Below are positions 7,756 to 16,344 of a stretch of 53,304 nucleotides of DNA, piece by piece (the first letter of the stretch is position 1; each line of letters opens with the position of its first letter). This DNA is from Bifidobacterium breve (GTDB lineage: Bacteria > Actinomycetota > Thermoleophilia > Solirubrobacterales > Solirubrobacteraceae), in contig CAMDLG010000001.1 of assembly GCA_945901565.1 (NCBI GenBank), positions 1 through 53,304 of the forward strand. The letters run 5' to 3'. Under the pieces are notes generated by a model, which saw nothing but the letters and a program-made list of their open reading frames with translations, ran no database searches and was not told the origin of the DNA. Position numbers and translations under genes: made by a program.

Positions 7756-9216
7756 GGCGGCGACGGTCATGTTGGGACCACCGCGGAGCATCAGCCCGCC
7801 GACGGCCGCGCCGACCAGGAAGATTCCGGCCGAGACCCAGAAGGCGACGGTGAAGCCGTGGATAGCGGCCGAAGCGGCGACCTTGGGCGAGGCAGCCTTA
7901 CCGGCGGCGTATCCAACGGTGGCAGTGGCAGCGATCGTGCTGAGCAGAGCGGTGCCGGCAGCGCCGCCGACCTGCTGACAGGTGTTGACGAGAGCCGAGG
8001 CGACGCCGGCGTCTTGGGGCATGACGCCGAGAGTGGCGGTGTTAATAGCGGTAGCGAAGATCATCCCGAAGCCGAATCCGAGGATCATCAGCCCCGGCAG
8101 GACGTTGGGACCGTAAGTGGAGCCGATGTCGAGCTGAGCGAGGTAGATCATCCCGGCGGCGCCGAAGAGCATCCCGGTGAAGATCAGCGGGCGCGGACCG
8201 GTCCTCGGCAAGAAACGAGTTTGAGCGATGATCGAGGCAGTGACGATGCAGACCGGCAGCGGCAGGAAGGCGAGCCCAGCTTGGATCGGACTGAACCCGA
8301 GGTTCTGCTGCATGAAGTAGGTGAGGAAAAGGAAGACGCCGAAGATGCCGAGCCCGGCGATCAGGATCGTCAGGAAGGAGCCGCCGCGGTTCCTGTCCTC
8401 GACGACTCGCAGCGGCAGCAAGGGATGGGCAGCGCGCCGCAGCCAGAGGTAGAAGAGGACGAGCAGGACGACAGCGCCGCCGAGCATCGCTAGCGTGATC
8501 GGCGCTCCCCAGCCTTCACTTTCTGCCTTCGAGAAGCCGAATACGACGAGCAGCAGGCCGCCGCAGCCGAGGATCGTGCCGGGGATGTCTAGCTCAGCAT
8601 GCGCCGCCGAAGCGACGTTTTTGATCAGCCAGAGGGCTACGAGCGCTGCAGGGATTGCGAAGAAGAGGTTTACGTAGAGGCACCAGCGCCAGGAGAGGTA
8701 CTCGGTCAGGATGCCGCCGAGCAGCAGTCCTATCGCCGCGCCGCCTCCACTGATCGCGCCGAAGATTGCAAACGCCTTGCCGCGCTCAGCCTCGTCGGTG
8801 AAGGTCGTTGTCAGAATTGAGAGCGCCGCAGGGGCGAGGATCGCTCCGAATGCTCCTTGCAGAGCGCGGGCCAGCACCAGCACCTCAAAGCTCTGCGCGC
8901 TGCCGCCGATCGCCGACGCAACCGAGAAGCCAAGCAGGCCGGCGATGAAGGTCCACTTGCGGCCGAACAGGTCGGAAAGCCGGCCACCGAGCAGCAATAG
9001 TCCGCCGAAGGCCAGCGCGTAGGCGGTGATTACCCACTGGCGCGAGCCGTTCGAGAAGCCAAGATCGGCCTGCGCCGATGGCAACGCGATGTTGACGATC
9101 GTCGCGTCCAGAACAACCATCAGTTGCGCAGTGCCGATAATGGCGAGTACATACCAGCGGCGAGCATGGTGAGGGTTACCGCTGTGATCGGCTTCAGCGA
9201 ACGTCGTTGATGCCAA
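7744..9216 (-). CDS. MFS transporter, DHA2 (EmrB/QacA, 14-TMS) family
   Basis: 490 aa. LDATIVNIALPS...ITAYALAFGGLLLLGGRLSDLFGRK are the DHA2 signature motifs, and there are many TM helices. Confidence 0.85.
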   Translation of the reverse strand: MASTTFAEADHSGNPHHARRWYVLAIIGTAQLMVVLDATIVNIALPSAQADLGFSNGSRQWVITAYALAFGGLLLLGGRLSDLFGRKWTFIAGLLGFSVASAIGGSAQSFEVLVLARALQGAFGAILAPAALSILTTTFTDEAERGKAFAIFGAISGGGAAIGLLLGGILTEYLSWRWCLYVNLFFAIPAALVALWLIKNVASAAHAELDIPGTILGCGGLLLVVFGFSKAESEGWGAPITLAMLGGAVVLLVLFYLWLRRAAHPLLPLRVVEDRNRGGSFLTILIAGLGIFGVFLFLTYFMQQNLGFSPIQAGLAFLPLPVCIVTASIIAQTRFLPRTGPRPLIFTGMLFGAAGMIYLAQLDIGSTYGPNVLPGLMILGFGFGMIFATAINTATLGVMPQDAGVASALVNTCQQVGGAAGTALLSTIAATATVGYAAGKAASPKVAASAAIHGFTVAFWVSAGIFLVGAAVGGLMLRGGPNMTVAASAT

Positions 9217-9220
9217 GGGG

Positions 9221-9628
9221 CTAGCCGAGCCGGTTTTCGATCTGAATCGGCGCTACTTCGCCGGGCGCGGCAGTCTCTGGGAGCGGTTCGGCGGTAGCGC
9301 TCGCATCAGCACCGAGCACCGCGGCAAGTTCGCCACTTTCATACATCTGCCCGACGATGTCGGCGCCGCCAACTAGCTCGCCTCGCACGAAGAGCTGTGG
9401 GATCGTCGGCCAGTTCGAAAGCGACGAAAGTTCCTGACGGATGCGTGGGTCAGCGAGCACGTCGACTGACGAAAACTCTGTCTTCGTGGCTGTCAGTGCT
9501 GCGCAGGTGCGCGCCGAGAAACCGCACATCGGCTGCTCTGGCGTGCCCTTCATAAAGAGGATCACGTCGTTTGTGGCGATTGCTTCGGCGAGTGCGCCGC
9601 GAAGTGGGTTTTCTGTCTGGTCGGTCAT
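9221..9628 (-). CDS. grxD: Monothiol glutaredoxin, Grx4 family (CGFS type)
   Basis: VILFMKGTPEQPMCGFS active site, WPTIPQLFVRGELVGGADI, and a C-terminal acidic/Pro-rich tail. Confidence 0.85.
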   Translation of the reverse strand: MTDQTENPLRGALAEAIATNDVILFMKGTPEQPMCGFSARTCAALTATKTEFSSVDVLADPRIRQELSSLSNWPTIPQLFVRGELVGGADIVGQMYESGELAAVLGADASATAEPLPETAAPGEVAPIQIENRLG

Positions 9629-9849
9629 TGCGTCTCCGTAGTCAAGGCTAGGGCATGGATGGTTCCGCCGAGTTCACCCTCGCTGAAGACGGCGTAGACG
9701 AGGCGGTGCTGCTCGACAAGGCTGAGCCCAGCGAAGTCGCTGGCGACGACGCGCGCCGTGAAGTGGACGTTGTCGGAGCTTTCCACCTCGGCGCTGGCGC
9801 CGGGAATCCCGCCCTCGATCCGTTCCTTCACTTCGGTTGCGGTTGGCAT
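9625..9849 (-). CDS. bolA: BolA-family protein
   Basis: The 74-aa core is MPTATEVKERIEGGIPGA...VHFTARVVASDFAGLSLVEQHRLVY...IHALAL. Its stop overlaps the Grx4 start (ATGA). The ORF-track extension to 10128 is antisense to the next gene and I rejected it. Confidence 0.8.
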   Translation of the reverse strand: MPTATEVKERIEGGIPGASAEVESSDNVHFTARVVASDFAGLSLVEQHRLVYAVFSEGELGGTIHALALTTETQ

Positions 9850-9888
9850 TAGGAAAGAGGGTAGAGCACCGCTATACTTCGTGAAGCG

Positions 9889-10281
9889 ATGAGTACTACT
9901 GAAGTCACATTCAAGGCTAAGGGGATTGTCCTCAGCGAGACCGGTGCCACCAAGGCGCGCGAGTATCTCGATGCTCAGGGTGCAGATGTCGAAGTGGCCG
10001 GGCTTCGCGTAGGAGTAAAAGGCGGCGGCTGCTCGGGCTTCCAGTACCAGCTGGCATTCGACGAGCAGCGCGACAGCGACATCGTCTTCGAGGATCACGG
10101 CCTGAAGCTGCTTGTCGATCCGCAGCACCTCGCATACGTAGATGGATCAGAGATCGATTTTGTTGAGTCGCTTCAAGGGGCTGGCTTCCAAGTCAATAAC
10201 CCCAACGTCGTCGCTGCCTGCGGCTGCGGTTATTCGTTCCAAGTAAAGGACGAAGAAGAAGAAGCAGTCAGCGCGCTTTAG
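9889..10281 (+). CDS. A-type iron-sulfur cluster carrier (HesB/IscA/ErpA/SufA family)
   Basis: 130 aa. GGCSGFQY and the C-terminal CGCGYSF Cys ligands are present. Confidence 0.85.
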   Translation: MSTTEVTFKAKGIVLSETGATKAREYLDAQGADVEVAGLRVGVKGGGCSGFQYQLAFDEQRDSDIVFEDHGLKLLVDPQHLAYVDGSEIDFVESLQGAGFQVNNPNVVAACGCGYSFQVKDEEEEAVSAL

Positions 10282-10910
10282 TCCTTAGCCCGGTCGATCG
10301 TCCACCAGATCACGCGGCAGGCCGACGAACGGTGCGGCCTCCAGGATTCGGCGAGCTCTTCAAGAGCGGCGCGCTTAGGTGTTTCGCTTAGCCCGTAGGC
10401 CTGTTCCACTCCCTTGCAGATCGCTAGGTCGCCCCAAGGCAACACGTCCGGGCGGCCGAGCTGGAACATCAGGAACATGTGGGCCGACCATTCGCCGATC
10501 CCACGGATCGTCGTTAGTTCGGCGACAACCTCGTCGTCGGGCAGTTCACTGATGTGCTCGAGGTCGACCGCGCCCGACTCAACCTGCTCGGCCAGTGAGC
10601 GCAGGTAGGAGACCTTTGAGCCAGAGAGGCCAACCGCGGCGCGAAGTTCCTCAGGGTCGTCGGCGAGGATCTCCGCCGGGGTTGGCGGGTGGCCGCCAAA
10701 GCGCTCAAGCAGCCGACCCCAGAGAATTGCGACGACGTGGTTTGAGAGCTGCTGCCCGACGATCGTGCGCACAAGCGCTGCATAGTGCTCCTGCTCACGA
10801 TCGTTCTCCTCGACCAGCAGCACGTCGTAGCGCTCCAGCAGCTCGGCCAGCACTGGGTCGCTCTTCGCGAGGTGAGCACGGACCGCTGCGTCGTCGTGCG
10901 CGGTGCTCAA
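10278..10910 (-). CDS. DNA-3-methyladenine glycosylase II-like HhH-GPD base-excision enzyme (AlkA family)
   Basis: IVGQQLS...LRAAVGLSGSKVSYLRSLA...TTIRGIGEWSAHMFLMF...PWGDLAI contains the HhH-GPD motif and the catalytic Asp context. The TTG start at 10910 is uncertain; a GTG at 10883 is the alternative. Confidence 0.75.
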   Translation of the reverse strand: MSTAHDDAAVRAHLAKSDPVLAELLERYDVLLVEENDREQEHYAALVRTIVGQQLSNHVVAILWGRLLERFGGHPPTPAEILADDPEELRAAVGLSGSKVSYLRSLAEQVESGAVDLEHISELPDDEVVAELTTIRGIGEWSAHMFLMFQLGRPDVLPWGDLAICKGVEQAYGLSETPKRAALEELAESWRPHRSSACRVIWWTIDRAKD

Positions 10911-11596
10911 GCCGAGAGAGCGTCGGCCGAGATCGGTTCGCCGTCGAGTGCGATCAAAGCGCGTTCGACCGACGTCCGCATGCAGGTGAAGCTCGGTGTG
11001 TCGCGCTCTGTGTAGGCCGAGGCCTCGGTAGCGCGCAGTTTGTGGACAAGATCCATGAAGAGGCCAGCGTCATCGGTGTCGAAGGCAACTAGGAACTCTT
11101 GGTCGTCAAGACCAAACGAATAGCTGGTGTGGTTGTCGACGCCTTTCGTTTCCTTGCCGATCTTGATGTGCTCCTGCATCACTTCCCAGCGCTTCTCGGC
11201 CGGCAGCATGTACCAGTCGCGGCGCTTCACGAACGGGTAGACAAAGACGTACTTGCCCTTGAACGGACGAGCAACGAAGCGCACGTCGTCGGAGTACTCA
11301 GAGCCTTTGCGCATCCCGAGGTAGGCGTAGGGGGTTGTGCACCACTTCATCAGGCCGCTCTGACCAAGGACGACGCCAAACTCATGGATGCGGTCGAGGT
11401 TTTCGCATTCGACCGAGATCATCAGGTCGCAGTCGCCGCGGATACCAACTAGTGAGAAGGCCTGCAGCAGGTGGTCCGATCCAAAGTCGTCGCAGGCCGC
11501 GAGGAACTCCTCTTTATCTGCAAGGCGCTGCGTCGCATCGAGCCGCTTCCAAGCCGGGTCGACCTGAAGGAAGGTGTATTTGACGAAGTGGCGCAT
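10907..11596 (-). CDS. hemQ: Chlorite-dismutase-family coproheme decarboxylase (HemQ/ChdC)
   Basis: 229 aa. Length and sequence (YTFLQVDPAWKRL...KYVFVYPFVKRRDWY...) fit the HemQ family. Its stop overlaps the downstream start by 4 nt. Confidence 0.8.
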   Translation of the reverse strand: MRHFVKYTFLQVDPAWKRLDATQRLADKEEFLAACDDFGSDHLLQAFSLVGIRGDCDLMISVECENLDRIHEFGVVLGQSGLMKWCTTPYAYLGMRKGSEYSDDVRFVARPFKGKYVFVYPFVKRRDWYMLPAEKRWEVMQEHIKIGKETKGVDNHTSYSFGLDDQEFLVAFDTDDAGLFMDLVHKLRATEASAYTERDTPSFTCMRTSVERALIALDGEPISADALSA

Positions 11597-11657
11597 GGCT
11601 TGGTTTCCGCTTTCTGGGAGGGTACGGATCGGCGAGCAAGGTTAGGCCGCCCCTGTA

Positions 11658-13709
11658 GTGGTCAGAATAGAGGGGATGGAGATTCAAAGACGATCTGCTG
11701 CCTCTATTTCGCTAGTTGGCGCGATAGCGGTGTTTGGCTCTGCGCTGGCGCTGGCGCTGGCGGCGCCGACGGTCGCCCATGCCGAGAGTCCCGTGTCCAG
11801 CACGCCACGGGTTCTGATCGTCTTCCTGCCTGGACAGATAAAGGCGCTGCCGGCGCCAGGCGCCGTTGGCAGCTCGCCGCAAGCGCGTGCGCGTCGAACT
11901 GTCACCGAGCAGCTCGCAGCGCAGAGCCAGCTATCGATCGGACTCAGTAGCCCCGTGCAAGGCCGCTATATCGCAGCTCAGGCGCTGCTTGACATCACGC
12001 AGGGCACGCGGATCTCGCTATCGAGCTACAGCCCCGAGCTGCCGCCGCCTCTGCTGCTCGTGCCCGATCAGCGAGGAGCATTTTTCCAAGGATGGCTGGA
12101 GGTCAATCGGCGCGCCGCAGCAGCGCCAGCCTCGATCAAACCGGGGCTGCTGGCGCAATCCGTTAAGGGAGGCGCAGCGTACGTCGGCGTTGACGGACAG
12201 CCTCAGAAGGACGCCGTTGTTGCCGCCGACAGGGCTGGCCGGGTTGAGCAGCTGTCGATTGGGTCGGCGGCCAGCTTGGCCGATCGCGCGCAGACGATGC
12301 TCGATAGCAATCAGCTGGTCGTCGCCAGCCTGCCGCCTGATCAAGCTGGGGATCGCGAGTTGGCGGCACTAATCTCCAGGCGCAGATCTAACGAGCTCCT
12401 GATTGTTACGCGATCGCCACCCTCCAGGCGTGCAGTGCAGCTGCTACCTGTCGGTATCGCCGGGCTAGGGCCGTCGGGGACTCTCAGCTCATCAACGACT
12501 CATCTCGATGGGGTAATCGCCGGCATCGACCTGCTGCCCACGATCTTTGATTGGCTTGATGTCGCGATCCCTACCTCTGTCAGCGGTCAACCGATAAAGG
12601 TCATCCCGGGTCGTGACACAGAGGAGCTCCTATCGCTGAAGGGTCGCTTACAAGTTGTAGGGCAGCGCCGCTTCCCGGTGCTCTGGGCTCTGCTCGGCGG
12701 CTGGTTGATCCTGACGCTCTGTGCGGTGCTCGCAGCCGATCGCCGCGGAATGCGCTGGGCGATGCGCTGCGGAGCGCTGGCGATTTTCTGGCTCCCGTCG
12801 GTCCTGCTGTTAACGGCGGCTCTGGCTCCATCGAAACTGATCGAGCTTCTGATCGTCGTCCTAGGTTCAATGCTGCTCGGCGCAGCAAGCGACCGCCTGA
12901 TCGCCTGGCCGCGCGCGCCAGCGCTGCCTGCGTTGGTCGCAGTGAGCGCCTACATCATCGACTTGGCGTTTGGGTCGCCGCTGATTATCCGATCGTTGCT
13001 CGGGCCCAACCCGCTCTTTGGTTCGCGCTTCTACGGAATTGGCAATGAGCTCGAGTCGGCGCTGCCGGCGATTCTGCTGATCGGCCTCGGGGCGCTTTGG
13101 TTCGGTCGTGGTCGTTCGCGTCAAGCGGCGGCGATCTTTGCTGGCTGCGGCCTAGCGCTGGGCATCGCGCTTGGCGCGGCGCAACTTGGCGCCGACGTTG
13201 GTGGCGTCATGACGGTGGCGGCTGGCTTTGGCGTTGCTGTCCTGCTGCTGCTGCCGGGCCGTCTTTCAGGACGGACGATTGCGCTCGTCGTCATTGCACC
13301 ATTCGCGGCGCTTGCTTTGTTGGCCGCGATCGACCTGCTCAGCGGCGGCGACTCACACTTCACTCGGACCGTTCTGCGGGCCGACGGGTCTGGGGCTTGG
13401 TGGGAGATCTTTGTGCGGCGCATAGAGCTGGCTGGCCGCGGGCTAGCCCGCGGGCTGATGCCGGTTGCTGCGTTGGTCGCGGTGCTCACCGTCGCGCTTG
13501 GAATTGTTAGGCGCGAGCGGCTGCTGACGCCGGTCAACGGCGACCCGGGCTGGCGCGCCGGGCTGGCCGGCGCTGCTGCAGTCGGAGTATTCGGCGCGCT
13601 ATTCAACGATTCAGGGCCGATGTTGCTTCTATTCGCCGTGTTTATTGCCATATGTGGTGCCATCTACCTACGCGGCGATGCGCGGCTGGCCGACGGTCGG
13701 TCGCGCTAG
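11658..13709 (+). CDS. Large polytopic membrane protein with an N-terminal secreted domain (weak alkaline-phosphatase/sulfatase-like C-terminal motif)
   Basis: 683 aa. The signal peptide is ...ALALAAPTVAHAES and the extracytoplasmic domain is ~330 aa. That domain ends in GIDLLPTIFDWLDVAIPTSVSGQPI, which resembles the DIxPTILxxxG motif of the AP superfamily. About 9-10 TM helices follow. Confidence 0.55.
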   Translation: MVRIEGMEIQRRSAASISLVGAIAVFGSALALALAAPTVAHAESPVSSTPRVLIVFLPGQIKALPAPGAVGSSPQARARRTVTEQLAAQSQLSIGLSSPVQGRYIAAQALLDITQGTRISLSSYSPELPPPLLLVPDQRGAFFQGWLEVNRRAAAAPASIKPGLLAQSVKGGAAYVGVDGQPQKDAVVAADRAGRVEQLSIGSAASLADRAQTMLDSNQLVVASLPPDQAGDRELAALISRRRSNELLIVTRSPPSRRAVQLLPVGIAGLGPSGTLSSSTTHLDGVIAGIDLLPTIFDWLDVAIPTSVSGQPIKVIPGRDTEELLSLKGRLQVVGQRRFPVLWALLGGWLILTLCAVLAADRRGMRWAMRCGALAIFWLPSVLLLTAALAPSKLIELLIVVLGSMLLGAASDRLIAWPRAPALPALVAVSAYIIDLAFGSPLIIRSLLGPNPLFGSRFYGIGNELESALPAILLIGLGALWFGRGRSRQAAAIFAGCGLALGIALGAAQLGADVGGVMTVAAGFGVAVLLLLPGRLSGRTIALVVIAPFAALALLAAIDLLSGGDSHFTRTVLRADGSGAWWEIFVRRIELAGRGLARGLMPVAALVAVLTVALGIVRRERLLTPVNGDPGWRAGLAGAAAVGVFGALFNDSGPMLLLFAVFIAICGAIYLRGDARLADGRSR

Positions 13710-13721
13710 GATCGTCCTCCG

Positions 13722-16070
13722 ATGCGGATCGCAATCGTTTCCCCGTACTCGTGGAGCTACCCGGGTGGAGTCGCACGCCATATTGAGGCGCTTGCCGGCG
13801 CACACCGCGACGCAGGTCACGAAGTGCGCATCATCACCCCGGTTGACCCGTTTGACCAGAGCAGCACGCGCCTGCACGGCGGTACCGCCCCACAGGAAAG
13901 GCAGCTTGACGGCCACATCGTCGACCTTGGCCGCACGGTCGGCATCCCTGCCAACGGCGCCGTCTCAAATCTTTCGCTCTCGCCGAGCGCCGTTCAGCGC
14001 CTCGGCCAAACCCTCAAAGAGGGCAACTTCGACGTGGTTCACATCCACGAGCCGGTCGTTCCGCTCGTCAGTTGGATGTCGCTGAATTGCAAGTCAGCGG
14101 CGCTTGTTGCGACTTACCACACCTATTCCACGAATCGGCTAACACAAGGGACAGCGAACCTTTTTGGAGCGCGGCGGCGAATGCGCCGCTTGCACGCGCG
14201 GATCGCCGTCTCGGAAGCCGCGTCGTGGACCGCGCGCCGCTTCTACGGCGGTCGCTACAGCGTCATCGCGAACGGCGTTGACGTGCCTGCTGGCGGACCG
14301 CCACTGAAAGCCGTCGCCGCGGCCGGGAAGCTGAAGCTCGTCTTCGTTGGGCAAGCCGTCGAGCGCAAAGGGCTGCCTGTCTTGCTCTCGGCGTTCGAGG
14401 GACTGCGTGACTATGTTGACGCCGAGCTAACAATCATCGGCGCTACGGCCGATGACGTCGAGCCACTCTTGATCGATCCGCGCGGCGTCACCGTTGCCGG
14501 GCTCGTTGATGATGCCGAGAAGCAGCGGCTGCTTGCCGAGGCCGATCTACTCGTCGCTCCGTCGCTCGGCGGCGAGAGCTTCGGCATGGTTCTTACCGAG
14601 GCCTTTGCCGCCGGCACGCCGGTCGTTGCCAGCGAGATTGCCGGCTACCGCGACGTCGTCGATGACGGGCTCAACGGACTGCTCGTCCCACACGGTGACC
14701 CGCTCGCGCTAGCCGAGGCGCTGCGCGAGCTGGCGCTAGAGCCTGCGCGCCGCGCCGCGCTCAGCGCCGGAGCGGCCGCCAGCGCCGCTCAGTACAGCTG
14801 GTCTTTGATCAGCGAGCAGACAATCCAGATCTACGATGAGGCGATCGACGCGCACGCGGCTGGGCTAGAGGCCGCCAATCAGCGCTCAACTACGTCCGCA
14901 GTCAAGCTCGACGCAGATGGACTTCCTGCGATCGCGGCGCAGCGCCTCGCGACGATCGAGCCGGAACCGGCTGGCGGATGGCGCCGCGCACGAATTCGTA
15001 GCGCTGCTCGACGAACCGCGCTACTGCTTGCGGCCGCAGTCACAATTGGTCTCGCCGCCGTCGCACTCGAGAAGATCGGCGTCGACCGCGTAATCAGCAG
15101 CCTGCTGCAGTCGAGCCCAGCGTGGGTCTTGGCGGCGATCGGCGTGATGAGCCTTTCGATGTTGCTGCGCTCGGTCTCCTGGCACGCGATTCTCCACGCT
15201 GCCCTACCGGAGCGGCCGCTGACGCAGCTCGACACGCTCCGCGCCACAGCGATCGGCGTATTGATGTCGTCAACGCTTCCGGCTCGGCTCGGTGAACCGG
15301 CCCGCGCGATCGTCATCTCACGCCGCGCAGGGCGCCCGCGCGAGACTATGCCCACAGTCGTCGGAACGCTCGTCTCACAGACCGTCCTCAACGTGCTGGC
15401 GCTGCTGATCTTGGCTGCAATCGCGCTCTCCAGCGTGCCGATCTTTGACCAGCGGCACGGAGCGCTTGTGGCAGTCGTCTTGGTGCCTGTTGTGCTGCTA
15501 GCAATCGTCCTAATTGTCCCTGCCGTGCTGGCCGCCAGCGGCAGCGAGCGCTTTGGTCGAACACGCGCCGTGATTCGCCCACTTCTTAAAGCGGCTCGCC
15601 AAGTGCGCAGTGGACTGCGCGTTTTTACAAACCCGCGTGATGGTTCGGTAGCGCTCATTGCACAGCTAAGTGCCTGGGCATTGCAGGCGCTGGCCTGTTA
15701 TCTGCTGTTGCTGGCGATCGGCCTTGACGGGCGCGCCGGCATCGGCGCCGCCGCTGCCGTGCTGCTGGCCGTCAACGTTACGGCGCTAGTACCGGCGACG
15801 CCAGCCAACGTCGGCGTCTTCCAAGCAGCCTGCGTCGCCGTCTTGACCGGCGCCTATGGCGTTAGCGCCGCAGACGCGCTCGGCTACGGAATCGTGCTTC
15901 AAGCCGTTGAGGTTGCGACTGCCGTCTTGATGGGCGTCCCGGCGCTACTCGGCGAAGGACTCAGTTGGCGCGACGTACGCCTGCGCGCCCTGCACTCCAC
16001 GCCGGTGCGGCTCGGGCCGGTCGCCGATCGCAGCGCCACCGCCGGCGAGCGCAGTTCCGCCAGCGCGTAG
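13722..16070 (+). CDS. Fusion protein: PimA-like GT4 glycosyltransferase plus a C-terminal flippase-like (UPF0104 / lysyl-PG-synthase TM region) domain
   Basis: The N-terminus MRIAIVSPYSWSYPGGVARHIEALAGAHRDAGHEVRIITP and ESFGMVLTEAFAAGTPVVAS (the GT4 EX7E region) are present. From residue ~440 there are about 8 TM helices with the Arg-rich loops typical of UPF0104. Confidence 0.75.
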   Translation: MRIAIVSPYSWSYPGGVARHIEALAGAHRDAGHEVRIITPVDPFDQSSTRLHGGTAPQERQLDGHIVDLGRTVGIPANGAVSNLSLSPSAVQRLGQTLKEGNFDVVHIHEPVVPLVSWMSLNCKSAALVATYHTYSTNRLTQGTANLFGARRRMRRLHARIAVSEAASWTARRFYGGRYSVIANGVDVPAGGPPLKAVAAAGKLKLVFVGQAVERKGLPVLLSAFEGLRDYVDAELTIIGATADDVEPLLIDPRGVTVAGLVDDAEKQRLLAEADLLVAPSLGGESFGMVLTEAFAAGTPVVASEIAGYRDVVDDGLNGLLVPHGDPLALAEALRELALEPARRAALSAGAAASAAQYSWSLISEQTIQIYDEAIDAHAAGLEAANQRSTTSAVKLDADGLPAIAAQRLATIEPEPAGGWRRARIRSAARRTALLLAAAVTIGLAAVALEKIGVDRVISSLLQSSPAWVLAAIGVMSLSMLLRSVSWHAILHAALPERPLTQLDTLRATAIGVLMSSTLPARLGEPARAIVISRRAGRPRETMPTVVGTLVSQTVLNVLALLILAAIALSSVPIFDQRHGALVAVVLVPVVLLAIVLIVPAVLAASGSERFGRTRAVIRPLLKAARQVRSGLRVFTNPRDGSVALIAQLSAWALQALACYLLLLAIGLDGRAGIGAAAAVLLAVNVTALVPATPANVGVFQAACVAVLTGAYGVSAADALGYGIVLQAVEVATAVLMGVPALLGEGLSWRDVRLRALHSTPVRLGPVADRSATAGERSSASA

Positions 16071-16101
16071 GAAGCTGCGCGCCAGCGGCGAACTCCTCTC
16101 C

Positions 16102-16344
16102 GTGGCCGACGCTTGGGTTTACATGCTGCGCTGCGCCGACGGCAGCATTTACACCGGCTGGACAAACGACCTCGAGAAGCGGCTTGAAGCTCACAGCTCA
16201 GGCACTGGCAGCCGCTACACAAGGAGCCGGCTGCCGGTCGAGTTGGCGGCCGCGTTCGAGATGGAGGATCGCTCCGCTGCTCAGCGCGAAGAGGTGCGGA
16301 TCAAGAGGCTTTCGCGGGCCGACAAGCTGGCGCTGATCGCCTAA
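16102..16344 (+). CDS. Stand-alone GIY-YIG domain protein (UPF0213/YhbQ-like)
   Basis: 80 aa. WVYMLRCADGSIYTGWTNDLEKRLEAHSSG is the GIY-YIG motif. It has a GTG start. Confidence 0.75.
   Translation: MADAWVYMLRCADGSIYTGWTNDLEKRLEAHSSGTGSRYTRSRLPVELAAAFEMEDRSAAQREEVRIKRLSRADKLALIA

Noticed and set aside
7756-8493. The remainder of the 382-aa + strand ORF (7345-8493), as a real large protein.
   Set aside because: Beyond the Grx-like domain the translation is Gly/Asp/Glu/Arg low-complexity sequence lying exactly antisense to a well-supported MFS gene. That is typical of stop-free antisense frames in GC-rich DNA.
16341-16344. Tail-to-tail overlaps of convergent genes as something special: GIY-YIG/metH (4 nt), DUF3618/DegV at 6619-6622 (4 nt), and BVMO/VWA at 49017-49030 (14 nt).
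   Set aside because: Short convergent overlaps are common in compact GC-rich genomes. There is no extra structure or conserved motif at these junctions.
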